From assembly GCA_965228895.1 (NCBI GenBank), contig OZ245842.1, positions 1,120,001 through 1,184,000 on the forward strand: a stretch of DNA of 64,000 bases. The letters are read 5' to 3'. The DNA is from Alphaproteobacteria bacterium. GTDB taxonomy: Bacteria; Pseudomonadota; Alphaproteobacteria; SP197. A model generated the notes under the pieces. The model had not been told where the DNA came from. It searched no databases and saw only the letters and a program-made list of their open reading frames with translations. A program made the position numbers and the translations under genes. Of the stretch, positions 47,153 to 62,403 are shown piece after piece (positions within the stretch are counted from its first letter, which is position 1; the number at the start of each line of letters is the position of its first letter).

Positions 47153-48285
47153 CCGGCCCCGTGATGCTGGCAGCTGGCGGAACGGGCGGACATTTGTTCC
47201 CCGCCCGCGCGCTAGCCAGTGTGCTGCTTGACCGTGGCCGCGACGTGGTCTTTGTAACCGATCGTCGCGGTGTCAACCTCGGCGCTGGTCTGGAAGGTGT
47301 GCCGGTCCACACCGTGCGTTCGGCCGCCATGGCCGGGCGCAAGCTGACCGGCCGAGTCACCGGCGTGGTTGACCTGCTGCGTGGTACCTGGGAAGCGCGG
47401 CGTCTGACCAAGAGCCTCGGCGCATCCTGTGTCGTCGGTTTTGGTGGCTATCCATCAGTGCCGCCGGTGCTTGCTGCGACCCGGTTGGCGTTGCCCACGG
47501 TCATTCACGAACAGAACGCGGTGCTGGGACGGGCCAATCGCCTCCTGGCACCCCGTGTCGATGTGATTGCAACGTCGTTCCTCGATACGGCGCGGCTTGA
47601 TGTGTCGGGCCACGCACGTGTGGCGCTGACCGGCAATCCCGTGCGTCCGGAAATCACCGCGCTGGCTAACCAGCCCTACGTACCGCCAAACGGCGACGGT
47701 CGGTTGCGTGTCCTCATTGTCGGCGGCAGCCAGGGCGCCAGCATCCTGAGCCGCGTGCTGCCTGAAGCGCTTGCCACCATGCCGTCCGGCGCGCGTCGTC
47801 TTCTGGTCATCACCCAGCAGTGCCGGCCGGAAGACCTGGATGGCGTACGTGCGGCCTATGAGACGCTGGGCGTGCAGGCGACGCTGAAGAGTTTCTTTGA
47901 CGATATGGCTGATCGCCTGGGCGAAGCCCAACTGGTCATCGGGCGCGCCGGCGCGTCGACGGTCGCCGAGATCGCCGCGGCCGGTAAGCCTGCGATTCTG
48001 GTTCCCTATCGTTATGCTGCCGATGACCATCAGACCGTAAACGCCATGGCGGTTGAGGCTGATGGCGCGGGGTGGTTGATGCCTGAGCAGGCGTTTACCG
48101 CCGAAGCCCTGGCTGCGCGTTTGGAAGCGTTGACGGCGACGCCGCAGACGCTTCAGGCGGCCGCCGAGAGCGCGCGCCAGCGTGCCCGCCTTGATGCCGC
48201 ATCGGCATTGGCCGATGTGGTCGAGCGACTGGTGCCCGGCAATGGTGACAGCCACGACGCTTTGATGCGTCCGGAGGCCGCATGA
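47149..48285 (+). CDS. murG: Lipid II GlcNAc transferase
   Basis: [29 protein letters not shown]. Confidence 0.97.
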   Translation: MTGPVMLAAGGTGGHLFPARALASVLLDRGRDVVFVTDRRGVNLGAGLEGVPVHTVRSAAMAGRKLTGRVTGVVDLLRGTWEARRLTKSLGASCVVGFGGYPSVPPVLAATRLALPTVIHEQNAVLGRANRLLAPRVDVIATSFLDTARLDVSGHARVALTGNPVRPEITALANQPYVPPNGDGRLRVLIVGGSQGASILSRVLPEALATMPSGARRLLVITQQCRPEDLDGVRAAYETLGVQATLKSFFDDMADRLGEAQLVIGRAGASTVAEIAAAGKPAILVPYRYAADDHQTVNAMAVEADGAGWLMPEQAFTAEALAARLEALTATPQTLQAAAESARQRARLDAASALADVVERLVPGNGDSHDALMRPEAA

Positions 48286-49721
48286 GAGCGCTGCCTCGTG
48301 AGATAGGGCCGATCCACTTCATCGGCATGGGCGGCATCGGCATGAGCGGCATCGCCGAGGTGCTGCACAATCTGGGTTATAGCGTCCAAGGTAGCGACCT
48401 TGCCGAGAGCGCCAACGTGCGCCGGCTGCGCGCCATGGGTATCACGGTGCATATCGGCCATAGCGCGGAAAATCTGGACGAGGCGGCGATCGTTGTAACG
48501 TCGTCGGCGGTCAAGCCCGACAATCCTGAAGTGCTTGCCGCGCGCGACCACTGGATTCCCGTCGTGCGTCGCGCCGAGATGCTGAGCGAGTTGATGCGCT
48601 TGCGCTGGTCTGTCGCTGTTGGCGGCACCCACGGCAAGACGACGACGACCTCGATGATCGGCTGGGTCATGGAGTGTGGCGGATTTGATCCGACGGTCAT
48701 CAATGGCGGCATCATCAACGCTTACGGGACCAACGCCCGGCTTGGCGCCGGCGAATGGATGGTGGTCGAGGCCGATGAATCCGACGGCAGTTTTGTCAAG
48801 CTGCCGGCGACCGTGGCCGTCGTCACCAACATGGATCCCGAGCACCTGGAAAACTACGCCTCGTTCGACGAGGTGCGTCAGGCCTATGACGCCTTTGTCG
48901 GCAACGTGCCGTTCTATGGTTTCGCCGCGCTGTGTCTCGATCATCCGGAAGTCCAGGCACTGATCGGCCGCATTGCCGACCGGCGAGTCGTGACCTACGG
49001 CATGACGCCGCAGGCTGATGTCTACGGGACTAACCTGCGGCCGACCGGCAATGCCTATGAGTTCGACGTCGTCATCCGCGACCGCATCTCCGAGACGACG
49101 CGCCAGGTCGACAACGTCTTCCTGCCCATGGTCGGGCGCCACAACGTGTCGAACGCGCTTGCCGCGATCGCCGTCGCCCAGGAGATGCGCATTCCTGATG
49201 CTGCGATTGTCGACGCGCTCAAGCGTTTCGAAGGTGTGAAGCGGCGCTTCACCAAGACAGGCGAGGTCGGCGGCATCACGGTGATCGATGATTACGGTCA
49301 TCACCCCGTCGAGATTTCGGCCGTGCTGTCGGCTGCGCGCGATGCCTATGAAGGGCGCATCATCGCGATCGTCCAGCCCCATCGCTATACGCGCCTGCGC
49401 GACCTGTTTGATGACTTCTGCACCTGCTTCAACGATGCGGACGCCGTGATCGTGGCCGACGTCTATCCTGCCGGCGAGGCGCCGATACCAAACTTCGATC
49501 GCGACGCCCTGGCACAGGGATTGAGCACCCACGGTCACCGTGAGGTCGAGGTCTTGGACGATCCCGCCGACTTGCCGGCCATGGTCGCGAGCAAGGCGCG
49601 GTCGGGCGATGTCGTGATTTGTCTGGGCGCCGGGTCCATTACGACCTGGGCGAACGACCTGCCGCAACAATTGGAGGAACTGGTTGGCGACAAGGCTGTG
49701 TGCGCGGGAGGTCGGACATGA
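48282..49721 (+). CDS. murC: UDP-MurNAc:L-Ala ligase
   Basis: [39 protein letters not shown]. Confidence 0.98.
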   Translation: MRALPREIGPIHFIGMGGIGMSGIAEVLHNLGYSVQGSDLAESANVRRLRAMGITVHIGHSAENLDEAAIVVTSSAVKPDNPEVLAARDHWIPVVRRAEMLSELMRLRWSVAVGGTHGKTTTTSMIGWVMECGGFDPTVINGGIINAYGTNARLGAGEWMVVEADESDGSFVKLPATVAVVTNMDPEHLENYASFDEVRQAYDAFVGNVPFYGFAALCLDHPEVQALIGRIADRRVVTYGMTPQADVYGTNLRPTGNAYEFDVVIRDRISETTRQVDNVFLPMVGRHNVSNALAAIAVAQEMRIPDAAIVDALKRFEGVKRRFTKTGEVGGITVIDDYGHHPVEISAVLSAARDAYEGRIIAIVQPHRYTRLRDLFDDFCTCFNDADAVIVADVYPAGEAPIPNFDRDALAQGLSTHGHREVEVLDDPADLPAMVASKARSGDVVICLGAGSITTWANDLPQQLEELVGDKAVCAGGRT

Positions 49722-50656
49722 TGGCCGCATCCAAGCATAACGGTCTGGCCGACCGTCTGCCCGAGGTGCGTGGTCGTTACAGCTTCAATGTCGAACTGTC
49801 GAAGACCACGTGGTTCCGCGCCGGCGGTCCCGCGGAGGTCGTCTTCAAGCCGGCAGATGAAGAAGACCTGGCGGCATTCCTGCAGAACCGACCCGAAGAT
49901 ACGCCGGTGATGGTCATCGGCGTCGGCTCCAATCTATTGATCCGCGACGGCGGCATCCCAGGCGTTGTCATCCGCTTGGGCCGTGATCTCGCGCGCGTAA
50001 CGGTCGACGGCGAGACGGTCGTGGCCGGTGCCGGCGCGCTTGACGTGAACGTCGCGAAGACAGCGCGCCTTGCCGGCCTTGCGGGACTGGAGTTTTTGGT
50101 TGGTGTGCCCGGCACGATCGGCGGTGCGCTGCGCATGAACGCCGGCGCCTATGAGCGCGAACTGAGCGATGCACTGATCGAAGCACGGGCGATCGATCCG
50201 CGTGGTGAGGTTCAAGTCCTGACGCCCGAGCACCTTGGCCACGGCTATCGCTTCTGCAGCCTGCCCGAAGGGTGGATCTTCACCCAGGCGATCTTGCGGG
50301 GCGAGCCCGGTGACGCGGCGGCCATCGAAAAGCGCATGGCGGCGATCCAGTCGCAGCGCAGCAGCACACAGCCCGTGCGTTCGCGCACCGGTGGCAGCAC
50401 GTTCAAGAACACGCCCGATGCCAAGGCCTGGGAGCTGATCGACCGCTCGGGTTGTCGCGGCCTGACGCGCGGCGCGGCCATGGTGTCGGAACAGCACTGC
50501 AATTTCCTGATCAACACCGGCGGGGCGACGTCGGCGGATCTGGAAGGGCTCGGCGAAGAAGTGCGGCGCCGGGTCTTCGAAAAAACCGGCGTTCGGTTGG
50601 AGTGGGAGATCCGTCGCATCGGGCGGCACGCAACGGGGCCCGAGGAAGTCGCATGA
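49718..50656 (+). CDS. murB: UDP-N-acetylenolpyruvoylglucosamine reductase
   Basis: [34 protein letters not shown]. Confidence 0.97.
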   Translation: MMAASKHNGLADRLPEVRGRYSFNVELSKTTWFRAGGPAEVVFKPADEEDLAAFLQNRPEDTPVMVIGVGSNLLIRDGGIPGVVIRLGRDLARVTVDGETVVAGAGALDVNVAKTARLAGLAGLEFLVGVPGTIGGALRMNAGAYERELSDALIEARAIDPRGEVQVLTPEHLGHGYRFCSLPEGWIFTQAILRGEPGDAAAIEKRMAAIQSQRSSTQPVRSRTGGSTFKNTPDAKAWELIDRSGCRGLTRGAAMVSEQHCNFLINTGGATSADLEGLGEEVRRRVFEKTGVRLEWEIRRIGRHATGPEEVA

Positions 50657-51573
50657 GCCGGCATGTCGCCGTTTTGATGGGTGGATGGAATTCCGAACGC
50701 GAGGTCTCGCTGGTCAGCGGGCGCGAATGCGCCGACGCGCTGGAAGCCAGTGGTTACCGCGTAACGCGGATCGATGTCGATCGCGACATCGCCCATGTGT
50801 TGATGGAGATGGACCCCAAGCCGGATGTCGTCTTCAACGCGCTTCACGGCCGCTTTGGCGAAGACGGCTGCATTCAGGGTCTCTTCGAAATCCTGCAGCT
50901 GCCCTATACCCATTCCGGCCCGCTCGCTTCGGCGCTTGCGATGAACAAGCAGGCGGCCAAGCGCGTCTTTCGCACCGCTGGTATCCCGTGTGCTGAGAGC
51001 GAGATCGTCACCCGCGAGGCGATCGGGCAGTCGGCGCCGATCGAGCGGCCGTTCGTCGTCAAACCGAACCGTGAAGGCTCCAGCGTCGGTGTCCGGATCG
51101 TCGAGAAGAACGACAACGACGACCGGCTGCAGCCCGAAGACTTCCGCTATGGCGACGAGGCGATCGTCGAGCGTTTCGTGCCCGGCCGCGAATTGACCGT
51201 GGCGGTGATGGGTGATCGCGCGCTGGGTGTCACCGAGATTACGACGCCCCAGGGTTTCTACGATTACGACAACAAGTACACCGAGGGTGGCTCCGTCCAC
51301 ACAATCCCTGCGCCGGTCCACGGCGACGTCTACCGCGAAGCATCGGCAATGGCCGTGAGCGCGCACGAGGCGCTGGGCTGCCGCGGGGTGACACGTTCGG
51401 ATTTCCGCTATGACGATACCGATGGCGAGCCCGGCGAGCTCGTCATGCTCGAGGTCAATACGCAACCCGGCATGACGCCGCTGTCGCTGGTGCCCGAACA
51501 AGCGGCCTATGTCGGCATCGACTTTGGCGAACTCGTCTCCTGGATGGTGGAGGAGGCGCAATGCGGTCAGTGA
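50653..51573 (+). CDS. ddl: D-alanine--D-alanine ligase
   Basis: GGWNSEREVSL, LHGRFGEDG, EGSSVG, EVNTQPGMT. Confidence 0.97.
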   Translation: MSRHVAVLMGGWNSEREVSLVSGRECADALEASGYRVTRIDVDRDIAHVLMEMDPKPDVVFNALHGRFGEDGCIQGLFEILQLPYTHSGPLASALAMNKQAAKRVFRTAGIPCAESEIVTREAIGQSAPIERPFVVKPNREGSSVGVRIVEKNDNDDRLQPEDFRYGDEAIVERFVPGRELTVAVMGDRALGVTEITTPQGFYDYDNKYTEGGSVHTIPAPVHGDVYREASAMAVSAHEALGCRGVTRSDFRYDDTDGEPGELVMLEVNTQPGMTPLSLVPEQAAYVGIDFGELVSWMVEEAQCGQ

Positions 51574-52415
51574 AGTCACGACAGACCCGGAAGAACGCGC
51601 GCAACCGCAGTCCTGCGCAACGCTGGCGTGCGGCCGCAAAACGCTGGTGGCCGCTGGTTGGTTCTATTGCTGTCGCGACAGTTGCGGTTGTTGTACTTTT
51701 CGTGAGTGGCGCCGCCGACAGGCGTTGGGCCGAGACACGCTACGTGTTCGCCAACGCCACCGCGGACATGGGATTTTCGGTTGAGCGTGTCTACGCGACG
51801 GGGCGGTTCCAAACCGACCGTCAGACGCTGATCGAAGCCCTTGGCGTCGATATCCACCAACCGATCTTCGAGGTGTCGCTGGAGACGGCGCGTCAGCGTG
51901 TCGAGGCCTTGCCCTGGGTTAGTGAAGCGTCGGTCGAGCGGCGGCTGCCGGATACGATCATCCTGCGCATCGATGAGCGCACGCCGCTGGCGTTGTGGCA
52001 GAACGACGGGCGGCTCGCGGTCGTCGATGACAATGGCGACGTGATTGACGGCGCCCGCCCGCAAGACTTCCGCGAGTTGCTGCTTGTGGTTGGTCCCGAC
52101 GCCGCCGACGTTGCTGCCGACCTGATCGCCGTGATGAACCTGGTCCCAGAAGTAAGGGATCGCGTTAGGGCCGCCGTCAGGATCGGCAACCGGCGCTGGA
52201 ACCTGAAACTTGACGACGGCATTGATGTCCAGCTGCCCGAGGACGACCTGGACGGCGCCCTCTACCGGTTGGCAGACCTCGACAAGGCCGAACAATTGCT
52301 GGCGCGCGATGTCCAGACTGTCGATTTGCGCCTGCCCGACAAACTGGTGCTGCGCCTGACACCCGAAGCGCAGGCACGCATGTCTGTCGACCCCGAAGAG
52401 GGCGAAGACACATGA
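51561..52415 (+). CDS. ftsQ: Cell division protein FtsQ
   Basis: TM plus POTRA (LPWV...RRLPD), RRWNL, DLRLPD; synteny. Confidence 0.93.
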   Translation: MRSVKSRQTRKNARNRSPAQRWRAAAKRWWPLVGSIAVATVAVVVLFVSGAADRRWAETRYVFANATADMGFSVERVYATGRFQTDRQTLIEALGVDIHQPIFEVSLETARQRVEALPWVSEASVERRLPDTIILRIDERTPLALWQNDGRLAVVDDNGDVIDGARPQDFRELLLVVGPDAADVAADLIAVMNLVPEVRDRVRAAVRIGNRRWNLKLDDGIDVQLPEDDLDGALYRLADLDKAEQLLARDVQTVDLRLPDKLVLRLTPEAQARMSVDPEEGEDT

Positions 52416-52428
52416 GGACACGGAAACC

Positions 52429-53676
52429 ATGACACCGCGCTCAGGGCTCGTCGCAGCCATCGACATCGGCAGCACCAAGGTGTGCTGTTTCGTCGCGCGT
52501 CCGGACGACAACGGTGGCCTGCGTGTCACCGGCATCGGTTGCCAGGCGTCGCGTGGCGTTCACGCCGGCACCGTCGTCAACATGGAAGCCGCCGAGGAAT
52601 CGATCGCGGCGGCCGTCAACGCGGCCGAGGAAATGGCCGGCGAGACCTTGCGCGATGCCTGGGTCAACATTACCGCTGGCCAGCCGCGTTCGCACACGGT
52701 CGCCGTCGACGTCACCATTGCCGGCCATCAGGTCGGCGAGGCCGACCTGCGCCGCGTGATGATGCAGAGCCGTCAGACGATCGACACGGTCGATCAATCG
52801 ATCATTCACGCCATGCCGGTTGGCTACAGCATCGATGGCAACCGGGGCATTCGCGATCCCCGCGGCATGGTCGGCGATCGGTTGGGCGTCAACGTGCATC
52901 TGGTGACGACGGGCGAAGGCCCGCTGGCCAACCTCGAGACCTGCGTCACCCGTTGTCACCTGGATGTGGCGGGCCGGGCGTCGACTCCCTATGCGTCAGC
53001 GCTCGCGGCCCTGGTCAAGGACGAGATGGATCTGGGCGTCACCGTGGTCGACATGGGCGGCGGTACGACAACCGTGGCCGTCTTCTTCGACGGCGACTGC
53101 ATTCACGTCGACGCGGTGCCGGTTGGCGGCATGCACGTCACCAACGATATCGCGCGCGTGCTGTCGACGCCGGCCGAAATGGCGGAGCGGCTGAAGATCC
53201 TCTACGGCAGCGCCTATGGCTGCAGCGACGACGACCGCGAGATGATCGATGTGCCGATGATCGGCGAGCACGACAACGGCAACGTCAATCAGGTGCCGCG
53301 CTCGATGCTGGTCAGCATCATCCGGCCGCGGATTGAAGAGACACTAGAGATGGTGCGCATGCGCCTGGCGTCGGTTGGGCTGGAAAAGCTCGCCGGACGC
53401 CGGCTGGTTCTGACCGGTGGCGCGTGCCAACTCCATGGCGTGAGAGATCTTGCCGGCCAAATCCTCGGCAAGCAGGTCCGCGTCGGCAACCCCCTTTGGC
53501 TCAAGGGCCTTGCCCAAGCAACGTCAGGCCCGGCGTTTACCACCTGCGCCGGTCTTCTGCGTTACGCGGTCAAGGAACACGACGAAGTCGAGATGAGCTT
53601 TTCCCACTGGCCCGCCCATGGCGGCCTGCTCGGCCGGTTCGGTCGGCTGGGACAGTGGTTCCGGGAGAACTTGTGA
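52429..53676 (+). CDS. ftsA: Cell division protein FtsA
   Basis: IDIGSTKV, DMGGGTT, GGMHVTNDIA, LTGG, C-terminal WFRENL. Confidence 0.97.
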   Translation: MTPRSGLVAAIDIGSTKVCCFVARPDDNGGLRVTGIGCQASRGVHAGTVVNMEAAEESIAAAVNAAEEMAGETLRDAWVNITAGQPRSHTVAVDVTIAGHQVGEADLRRVMMQSRQTIDTVDQSIIHAMPVGYSIDGNRGIRDPRGMVGDRLGVNVHLVTTGEGPLANLETCVTRCHLDVAGRASTPYASALAALVKDEMDLGVTVVDMGGGTTTVAVFFDGDCIHVDAVPVGGMHVTNDIARVLSTPAEMAERLKILYGSAYGCSDDDREMIDVPMIGEHDNGNVNQVPRSMLVSIIRPRIEETLEMVRMRLASVGLEKLAGRRLVLTGGACQLHGVRDLAGQILGKQVRVGNPLWLKGLAQATSGPAFTTCAGLLRYAVKEHDEVEMSFSHWPAHGGLLGRFGRLGQWFRENL

Positions 53677-53773
53677 TGAAGGTGTGGGTTCGGGCGGGCG
53701 CGGTCCGGACCGGCGGTGGTAGGCCAAGCGGCCAACAGAAGATGGGCGTCATTCTTTGTGCTGGAGGCAACAT

Positions 53774-55633
53774 ATGACAATCAACTTAGGCGTTCCCGAA
53801 ACGCAATGCCTGAAGCCGCGTATCACCGTTATTGGTGTTGGCGGTGCCGGCGGCAACGCCGTCAACAACATGATCGCCTGCGGGCTTAACGGCGTCGAGT
53901 TCGTCGTCGCCAATACCGATGCGCAGGCCCTTAACCAGACGATTTCCGAGCGCAAGATCCAGCTGGGAACGTCAATCACGCAAGGTCTGGGCGCCGGTTC
54001 CAGGCCTGACATCGGCAAGGCCGCGGCCGAAGAAGCGATCGAAGAGATCATGGAGCAGCTGATCGGCTCGCACATGGTCTTCATCACTGCCGGCCTTGGC
54101 GGTGGTACAGGTACCGGTGCGACGCCGGTGGTGGCGCGCGCCGCCCGTGAGCAGGGCATGCTGACGGTCGGCGTCGTCACCAAGCCGTTCCACTTCGAAG
54201 GTGGTCAGCGCATGCGCTTGGCCGAAGAAGGTCTGCGCGAGCTGCAGCAGTTTGTCGACACGCTGATCATCATCCCGAACCAGAACCTGTTCCGGGTGGC
54301 CAATGATCAGACGACGTTCGCCGATGCCTTCAAGATGGCGGACGATGTGCTGCACGCCGGTGTCAGGGGTGTCACCGATCTGATGGTGCAGCCCGGCCTG
54401 ATCAATCTGGACTTCGCCGATGTGCGTTCGGTGATGAGCGAGATGGGCAAGGCCATGATGGGCACCGGCGAGGCCGGTGGCGACCGCCGGGCGCTGGAAG
54501 CGGCCGAGGCGGCAATCGCCAATCCGCTGCTGGACGAAGTGTCGATGCAAGGCGCCAAGGGTGTTCTGATCAACATCACCGGCGGTCCCGACATGACGCT
54601 GTTCGAAGTCGACGAAGCGGCCAATCGGATCCGCGAAGAGGTCGATACCGACGCCAACATCATCTTTGGCGCCGCCTTCGACGACAGCATGGAAGGGTCG
54701 ATCCGCGTTTCGTTGGTTGCCACCGGTATCGAAGCCGAAGGTATGGCTGTTGGCACACCGGGTCGCCCGTCGTTGACCGCCATCGAAGGTGGCCAGTCGA
54801 TCAGGACGCCGGTCGCCGGCGGCGGTATCACGGCCAGTGCCGGTCAGCACGCTCTGGCGCTGAACACACAGCGTCAGGCCGAAACGGAAGAGCCGCAGTC
54901 CATGTTGAACCCGGCGGAGAACCTGGCGCCTGAGCCGGTCACTGTCCGTCCGGCCATGCCCCAGCAGGCGGCTAAGCCGACTTATGCCGCCCAGCCGGCC
55001 GTGCAGGCGAAGTCGTTGTCGGAAACGATGGCGGCAACGCAGCCTCAGGCTGCGGTGCAGCCCCAGGTCTCTGTACCGTCCGCCATGCCGGCGCAGGCTC
55101 CGACGCAGGTGCAGGCACCGGTTCAGCCCCAGGCGCCGGTGCAGCCCCAAGTGCGTACGCAGTTGGAGCCGCAAGCCAAGCCTGTTCCTCAGGCGCCGGC
55201 TATGCCAAAGGCCACCGCAATGCCAGCGGCTCCGGCCCCGGCTCAACCCGCCCAAGCAGCGCAACCGGCCAAGGAGGCAAGTTTCATTGCCCCGGCGCCG
55301 GTCGAGCCGCAACGTCGGCGGGAGCCCGAGGCCACGGCCGATCCCTCGGCGGCGGCGGCACTCGCCAACGGTACAGGGGAGTCGCGTCGTCCGAGCTTGT
55401 TCGAACGGATGACAGGTACCGGCCGCGCCAAGGACACGCGACCCGAGACCAAGGTGCGTTCGGAACCGGCCATGCGTGCCGAACCAAAGGTCGAGCAGCC
55501 GGCGCCTGAGCCGGCGCGTCCGGCCCGCTCGGAACCGTCGCTCTCCAGCGGTGCCGACACCAGTATGGAAATCAGCTCTGTCGAAGACGATGTGCTTGAT
55601 ATTCCAGCATTTTTGCGTCGTCAGGCCAACTGA
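53774..55633 (+). CDS. ftsZ: Cell division protein FtsZ with a long P/Q/A-rich linker
   Basis: [24 protein letters not shown]-terminal [12 protein letters not shown]; RBS GGAGG. Confidence 0.98.
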   Translation: MTINLGVPETQCLKPRITVIGVGGAGGNAVNNMIACGLNGVEFVVANTDAQALNQTISERKIQLGTSITQGLGAGSRPDIGKAAAEEAIEEIMEQLIGSHMVFITAGLGGGTGTGATPVVARAAREQGMLTVGVVTKPFHFEGGQRMRLAEEGLRELQQFVDTLIIIPNQNLFRVANDQTTFADAFKMADDVLHAGVRGVTDLMVQPGLINLDFADVRSVMSEMGKAMMGTGEAGGDRRALEAAEAAIANPLLDEVSMQGAKGVLINITGGPDMTLFEVDEAANRIREEVDTDANIIFGAAFDDSMEGSIRVSLVATGIEAEGMAVGTPGRPSLTAIEGGQSIRTPVAGGGITASAGQHALALNTQRQAETEEPQSMLNPAENLAPEPVTVRPAMPQQAAKPTYAAQPAVQAKSLSETMAATQPQAAVQPQVSVPSAMPAQAPTQVQAPVQPQAPVQPQVRTQLEPQAKPVPQAPAMPKATAMPAAPAPAQPAQAAQPAKEASFIAPAPVEPQRRREPEATADPSAAAALANGTGESRRPSLFERMTGTGRAKDTRPETKVRSEPAMRAEPKVEQPAPEPARPARSEPSLSSGADTSMEISSVEDDVLDIPAFLRRQAN

Positions 55634-55816
55634 TCGACGGTTCCTGCAGGACTGAAACATCCTGTAACAAAGAGTGACTTGAGGGCTCCAGAGGCGGTTG
55701 TTAGGTAACGTCTCTGGAGCGCTCGCCCGCAGGACAAATGTTTTTCCGCTGGTGACCGGGTGCGATGGGGATCCGGGGGGTGGATCCGTTGGACCTATTT
55801 TAAGGAGGGCCAGACC

Positions 55817-56728
55817 TTGGCCACAACACAACAAACGACGCTGAAGACGCCGATTTCATGCACAGGCATTGGCCTGCATTCCGGCGAGAAGACGTCGATG
55901 ACGCTGCGACCTGCTCCAGCCAACTCTGGCATCGTCTTTGAGCGCACCGACCTTCAGAATGGTGGCCGGCTGTTTCCGGCTCGCTATGACTATGTCTCCG
56001 ACACGTTTCTATGCACGACCCTGACCAATGCCTCCGGCGCCACGCTGGCGACGATTGAGCATGTCATGGCTGCGTTGGCTGGCTGCGGTATCGACAACGC
56101 GGCGGTCGAAGTCAACAGCGCCGAGCTGCCGATCATGGATGGCAGTGCGTCGCCCTTCGTCTTTTTGATCGAGTGTGCCGGTATCGAGACGCTTGATGCG
56201 CCGCGCCGCGCCATTCGCATTCGCAAGCCTGTGGCCGTCGAAGACGGTGACAAGCGCGCCAGCCTGATGCCGTTTGACGGGCGTCAGGTCAGTTGTGAGA
56301 TCATTTACGACAACAGCCGGATCGCCCGTCAGCGCGCGACCGTCAATGTGTCATCCGAGACGTTCAAGAACGAGGTGTCGCGTGCCCGCACGTTCGGCTT
56401 GATGGAAGACGTCGCGGGACTGCAGGCGAACGGCCTCGCGCTTGGTGGTTCGCTTGACAACGCCATCGTCGTCAGTGGCGACAAGGTGCTGAACGATGGC
56501 GGTCTGCGCTTCGACGATGAGTTTGCCCGCCACAAGGTACTCGATGCCATCGGTGACCTTGCGCTTGCCGGTGCGCCGGTGATCGGTTCGTTCGACGGCC
56601 ATTGTTCGGGCCACGCGCTGAACATCGAGTTGCTGAAGGCCGTATTTGCCGATGACAGCGCTTGGGAATGGTCGGACTACGTGGAAGCGAGCGATTGGCC
56701 TGAGATGCCGATGGTGGCCAGCGCCTGA
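55817..56728 (+). CDS. lpxC: UDP-3-O-acyl-GlcNAc deacetylase
   Basis: TTG start behind AAGGAGG; GIGLHSG, TIEH, IMDGSA, ARTFG, RHKVLDAIGD. Confidence 0.97.
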   Translation: MATTQQTTLKTPISCTGIGLHSGEKTSMTLRPAPANSGIVFERTDLQNGGRLFPARYDYVSDTFLCTTLTNASGATLATIEHVMAALAGCGIDNAAVEVNSAELPIMDGSASPFVFLIECAGIETLDAPRRAIRIRKPVAVEDGDKRASLMPFDGRQVSCEIIYDNSRIARQRATVNVSSETFKNEVSRARTFGLMEDVAGLQANGLALGGSLDNAIVVSGDKVLNDGGLRFDDEFARHKVLDAIGDLALAGAPVIGSFDGHCSGHALNIELLKAVFADDSAWEWSDYVEASDWPEMPMVASA

Positions 56729-56866
56729 TTACTCTCCTTGTATCTCTCTGCCCTACAGGCCGTCATTCACCGTGATACGTGACGACGGTCTCAAGCAGAT
56801 CCCAACACATTGGGATCTGCTGTTTCTTTTGGGTGCCGTTCGGATTCACGCCGATCGGCTGTACCC

Positions 56867-57553
56867 TTGACGGGTTCAGCCGATCTACGATCCCGACTGA
56901 TTGTTTTCGATTGTGATGGCGTTCTGATCGACAGCGAACCGGTGTCGTGCGTCGCCACGTCGGCCGAACTGCACGATGCGGGCTTTCCCATCAGCGCGGA
57001 GGTCATCGGTGAGCGTTTTACCGGCATGTCGACTGACAGCATGTTGGCGACCATCGAACGTGAGGCCGGGCGGCCGTTGCCGGATGATATCGCCGAGCGC
57101 ATCCACGACCGAGAGATGGCCCTTTTCCGAGAGGACCTGGAGGCCGTTGCGCATGTCGCCGACGTGCTGGACCACCTGGATGCCTCAGGCATGGCCTATT
57201 GCGTGGCGTCGAGCAGTACGCCGGAGCGGCTCAAGGTGACCCTGGGCCATGTCGGGCTTTACGATCGATTTCCCAAGATCCTGAGCGCCACCATGGTGAA
57301 GAACGGGAAGCCGGCGCCTGACTTGTTCCTGCTGGCTGCCCGGGAAATGTACGTGCCGGCAGAGGCCTGCATTGTCATCGAAGACAGCGTGCCTGGCGTG
57401 CGCGGCGCGCGGGCTGCGGGGATGGTGGTTCTGGGTTTTTGCGGTGCCAGCCACTGTCAGGCTGGCCATGGCGACGACCTTGTCGCTGCTGGGGCCAAAA
57501 CGGCATTTGACACGATGCGCGATCTGCCCAAATTGCTCTCAACTTTGCTGTAA
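56867..57553 (+). CDS. HAD-IA family hydrolase (start uncertain)
   Basis: FDCDGVLIDSE, VASSS, GKPAPD, IEDSVPG. Confidence 0.9.
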   Translation: MTGSADLRSRLIVFDCDGVLIDSEPVSCVATSAELHDAGFPISAEVIGERFTGMSTDSMLATIEREAGRPLPDDIAERIHDREMALFREDLEAVAHVADVLDHLDASGMAYCVASSSTPERLKVTLGHVGLYDRFPKILSATMVKNGKPAPDLFLLAAREMYVPAEACIVIEDSVPGVRGARAAGMVVLGFCGASHCQAGHGDDLVAAGAKTAFDTMRDLPKLLSTLL

Positions 57554-57592
57554 CGGCCGAACGTCGTATAGGACGGCGCGCCCTCCGGTGCT

Positions 57593-58462
57593 ATGATCCA
57601 ATGCTTGGAAATATGGCGGATGTCACAATTGTCTCTACGCACCTTGATTGAACGGTCCAGCCGCGGCGGCGCAATGCTTCTGGTCGCCACCGCGCTTGTG
57701 CTCGGCGCCTGTGAATCTGAACCGGAGCCCTATGTCGAACGGCCTGTCGACGACATCTACAACGGTGCGCTCAACCTTCTGATCGCCGGCCAATACGCGG
57801 ATGCCGCCCGGGAGTTTGACGAAGTAGAGCGCCAGCACCCCTATTCCCAGTGGGCGACGCGCGCGCAGCTGATGTCGGCGTTCGCTTACTATCAAAACGA
57901 CAATTACGACGACGCGATCTTGGCGGCCGACCGCTTCATTCAGCTTCACCCCGGCCACAAAGACGTCGCCTATGCCTACTACCTGATCGGTCAAAGCTAC
58001 TATGAGCAGATATCGGATGTCGCGCGCGATCAGCGCATGACACAGCTGGCGCGCCAGGCGTTCACCGAGGTCCTGCGGCTGTTCCCCAACACCGAGTATG
58101 GCCGAGATGCGCAGTTGAAGCTGGAACTGACCGACGACCACCTGGCCGGCAAGGAAATGGCCATTGGGCGCTGGTATCAGAATCGCAACCAGTGGATCGC
58201 CGCGCTTAACCGTTACCAGGTGGTTATCGTCAACTACCAGACAACAAGTCAGGTGCCGGAAGCGCTGATGCGCCTGACCGAGACCTATCTGGCCATCGGC
58301 GTGATCAGCGAGGCCCAGACGGCCGCCGCGGTGCTGGGTCATAACTTCCCCGGCAGCGTCTGGTACGAGGACAGTTACAACCTTCTCGCCGAGCACAACC
58401 TGGTTCCCCAATTGTATGAAGACTCCTGGATCGCCGAGAAGACCACCGAGTTAGAGGGCTAG
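57593..58462 (+). CDS. bamD: Outer membrane protein assembly factor BamD
   Basis: Lipobox LGAC; EVERQHPYS, FIQLHPG, LAGKEM, VLGHNFP; synteny. True start is probably downstream. Confidence 0.95.
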   Translation: MIQCLEIWRMSQLSLRTLIERSSRGGAMLLVATALVLGACESEPEPYVERPVDDIYNGALNLLIAGQYADAAREFDEVERQHPYSQWATRAQLMSAFAYYQNDNYDDAILAADRFIQLHPGHKDVAYAYYLIGQSYYEQISDVARDQRMTQLARQAFTEVLRLFPNTEYGRDAQLKLELTDDHLAGKEMAIGRWYQNRNQWIAALNRYQVVIVNYQTTSQVPEALMRLTETYLAIGVISEAQTAAAVLGHNFPGSVWYEDSYNLLAEHNLVPQLYEDSWIAEKTTELEG

Positions 58463-58536
58463 GGGTCATGCGCATGCGTGGTGCGGACTGGTGATGTCAG
58501 CCCATCCAAGATCGCGATAGCGGCGGCGGGCTTGCC

Positions 58537-62321
<3,785 letters not shown>

Positions 62322-62403
62322 GCTGCTCGCGCAATGGTGACTGGCCTTATGCCGTGCCCGCGTGTTTGGTTTTCGACGGGGGCGTGCTGCCGAGGACGAA
62401 ATT

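Noticed and set aside
41513-55834. Long antisense or alternate-frame ORFs across the dcw genes (e.g. 41513-43225, 45337-46716, 48153-49730, 53972-55834)
   Set aside because: They overlap well-supported housekeeping genes, show no motifs, and are expected from high-GC codon bias.
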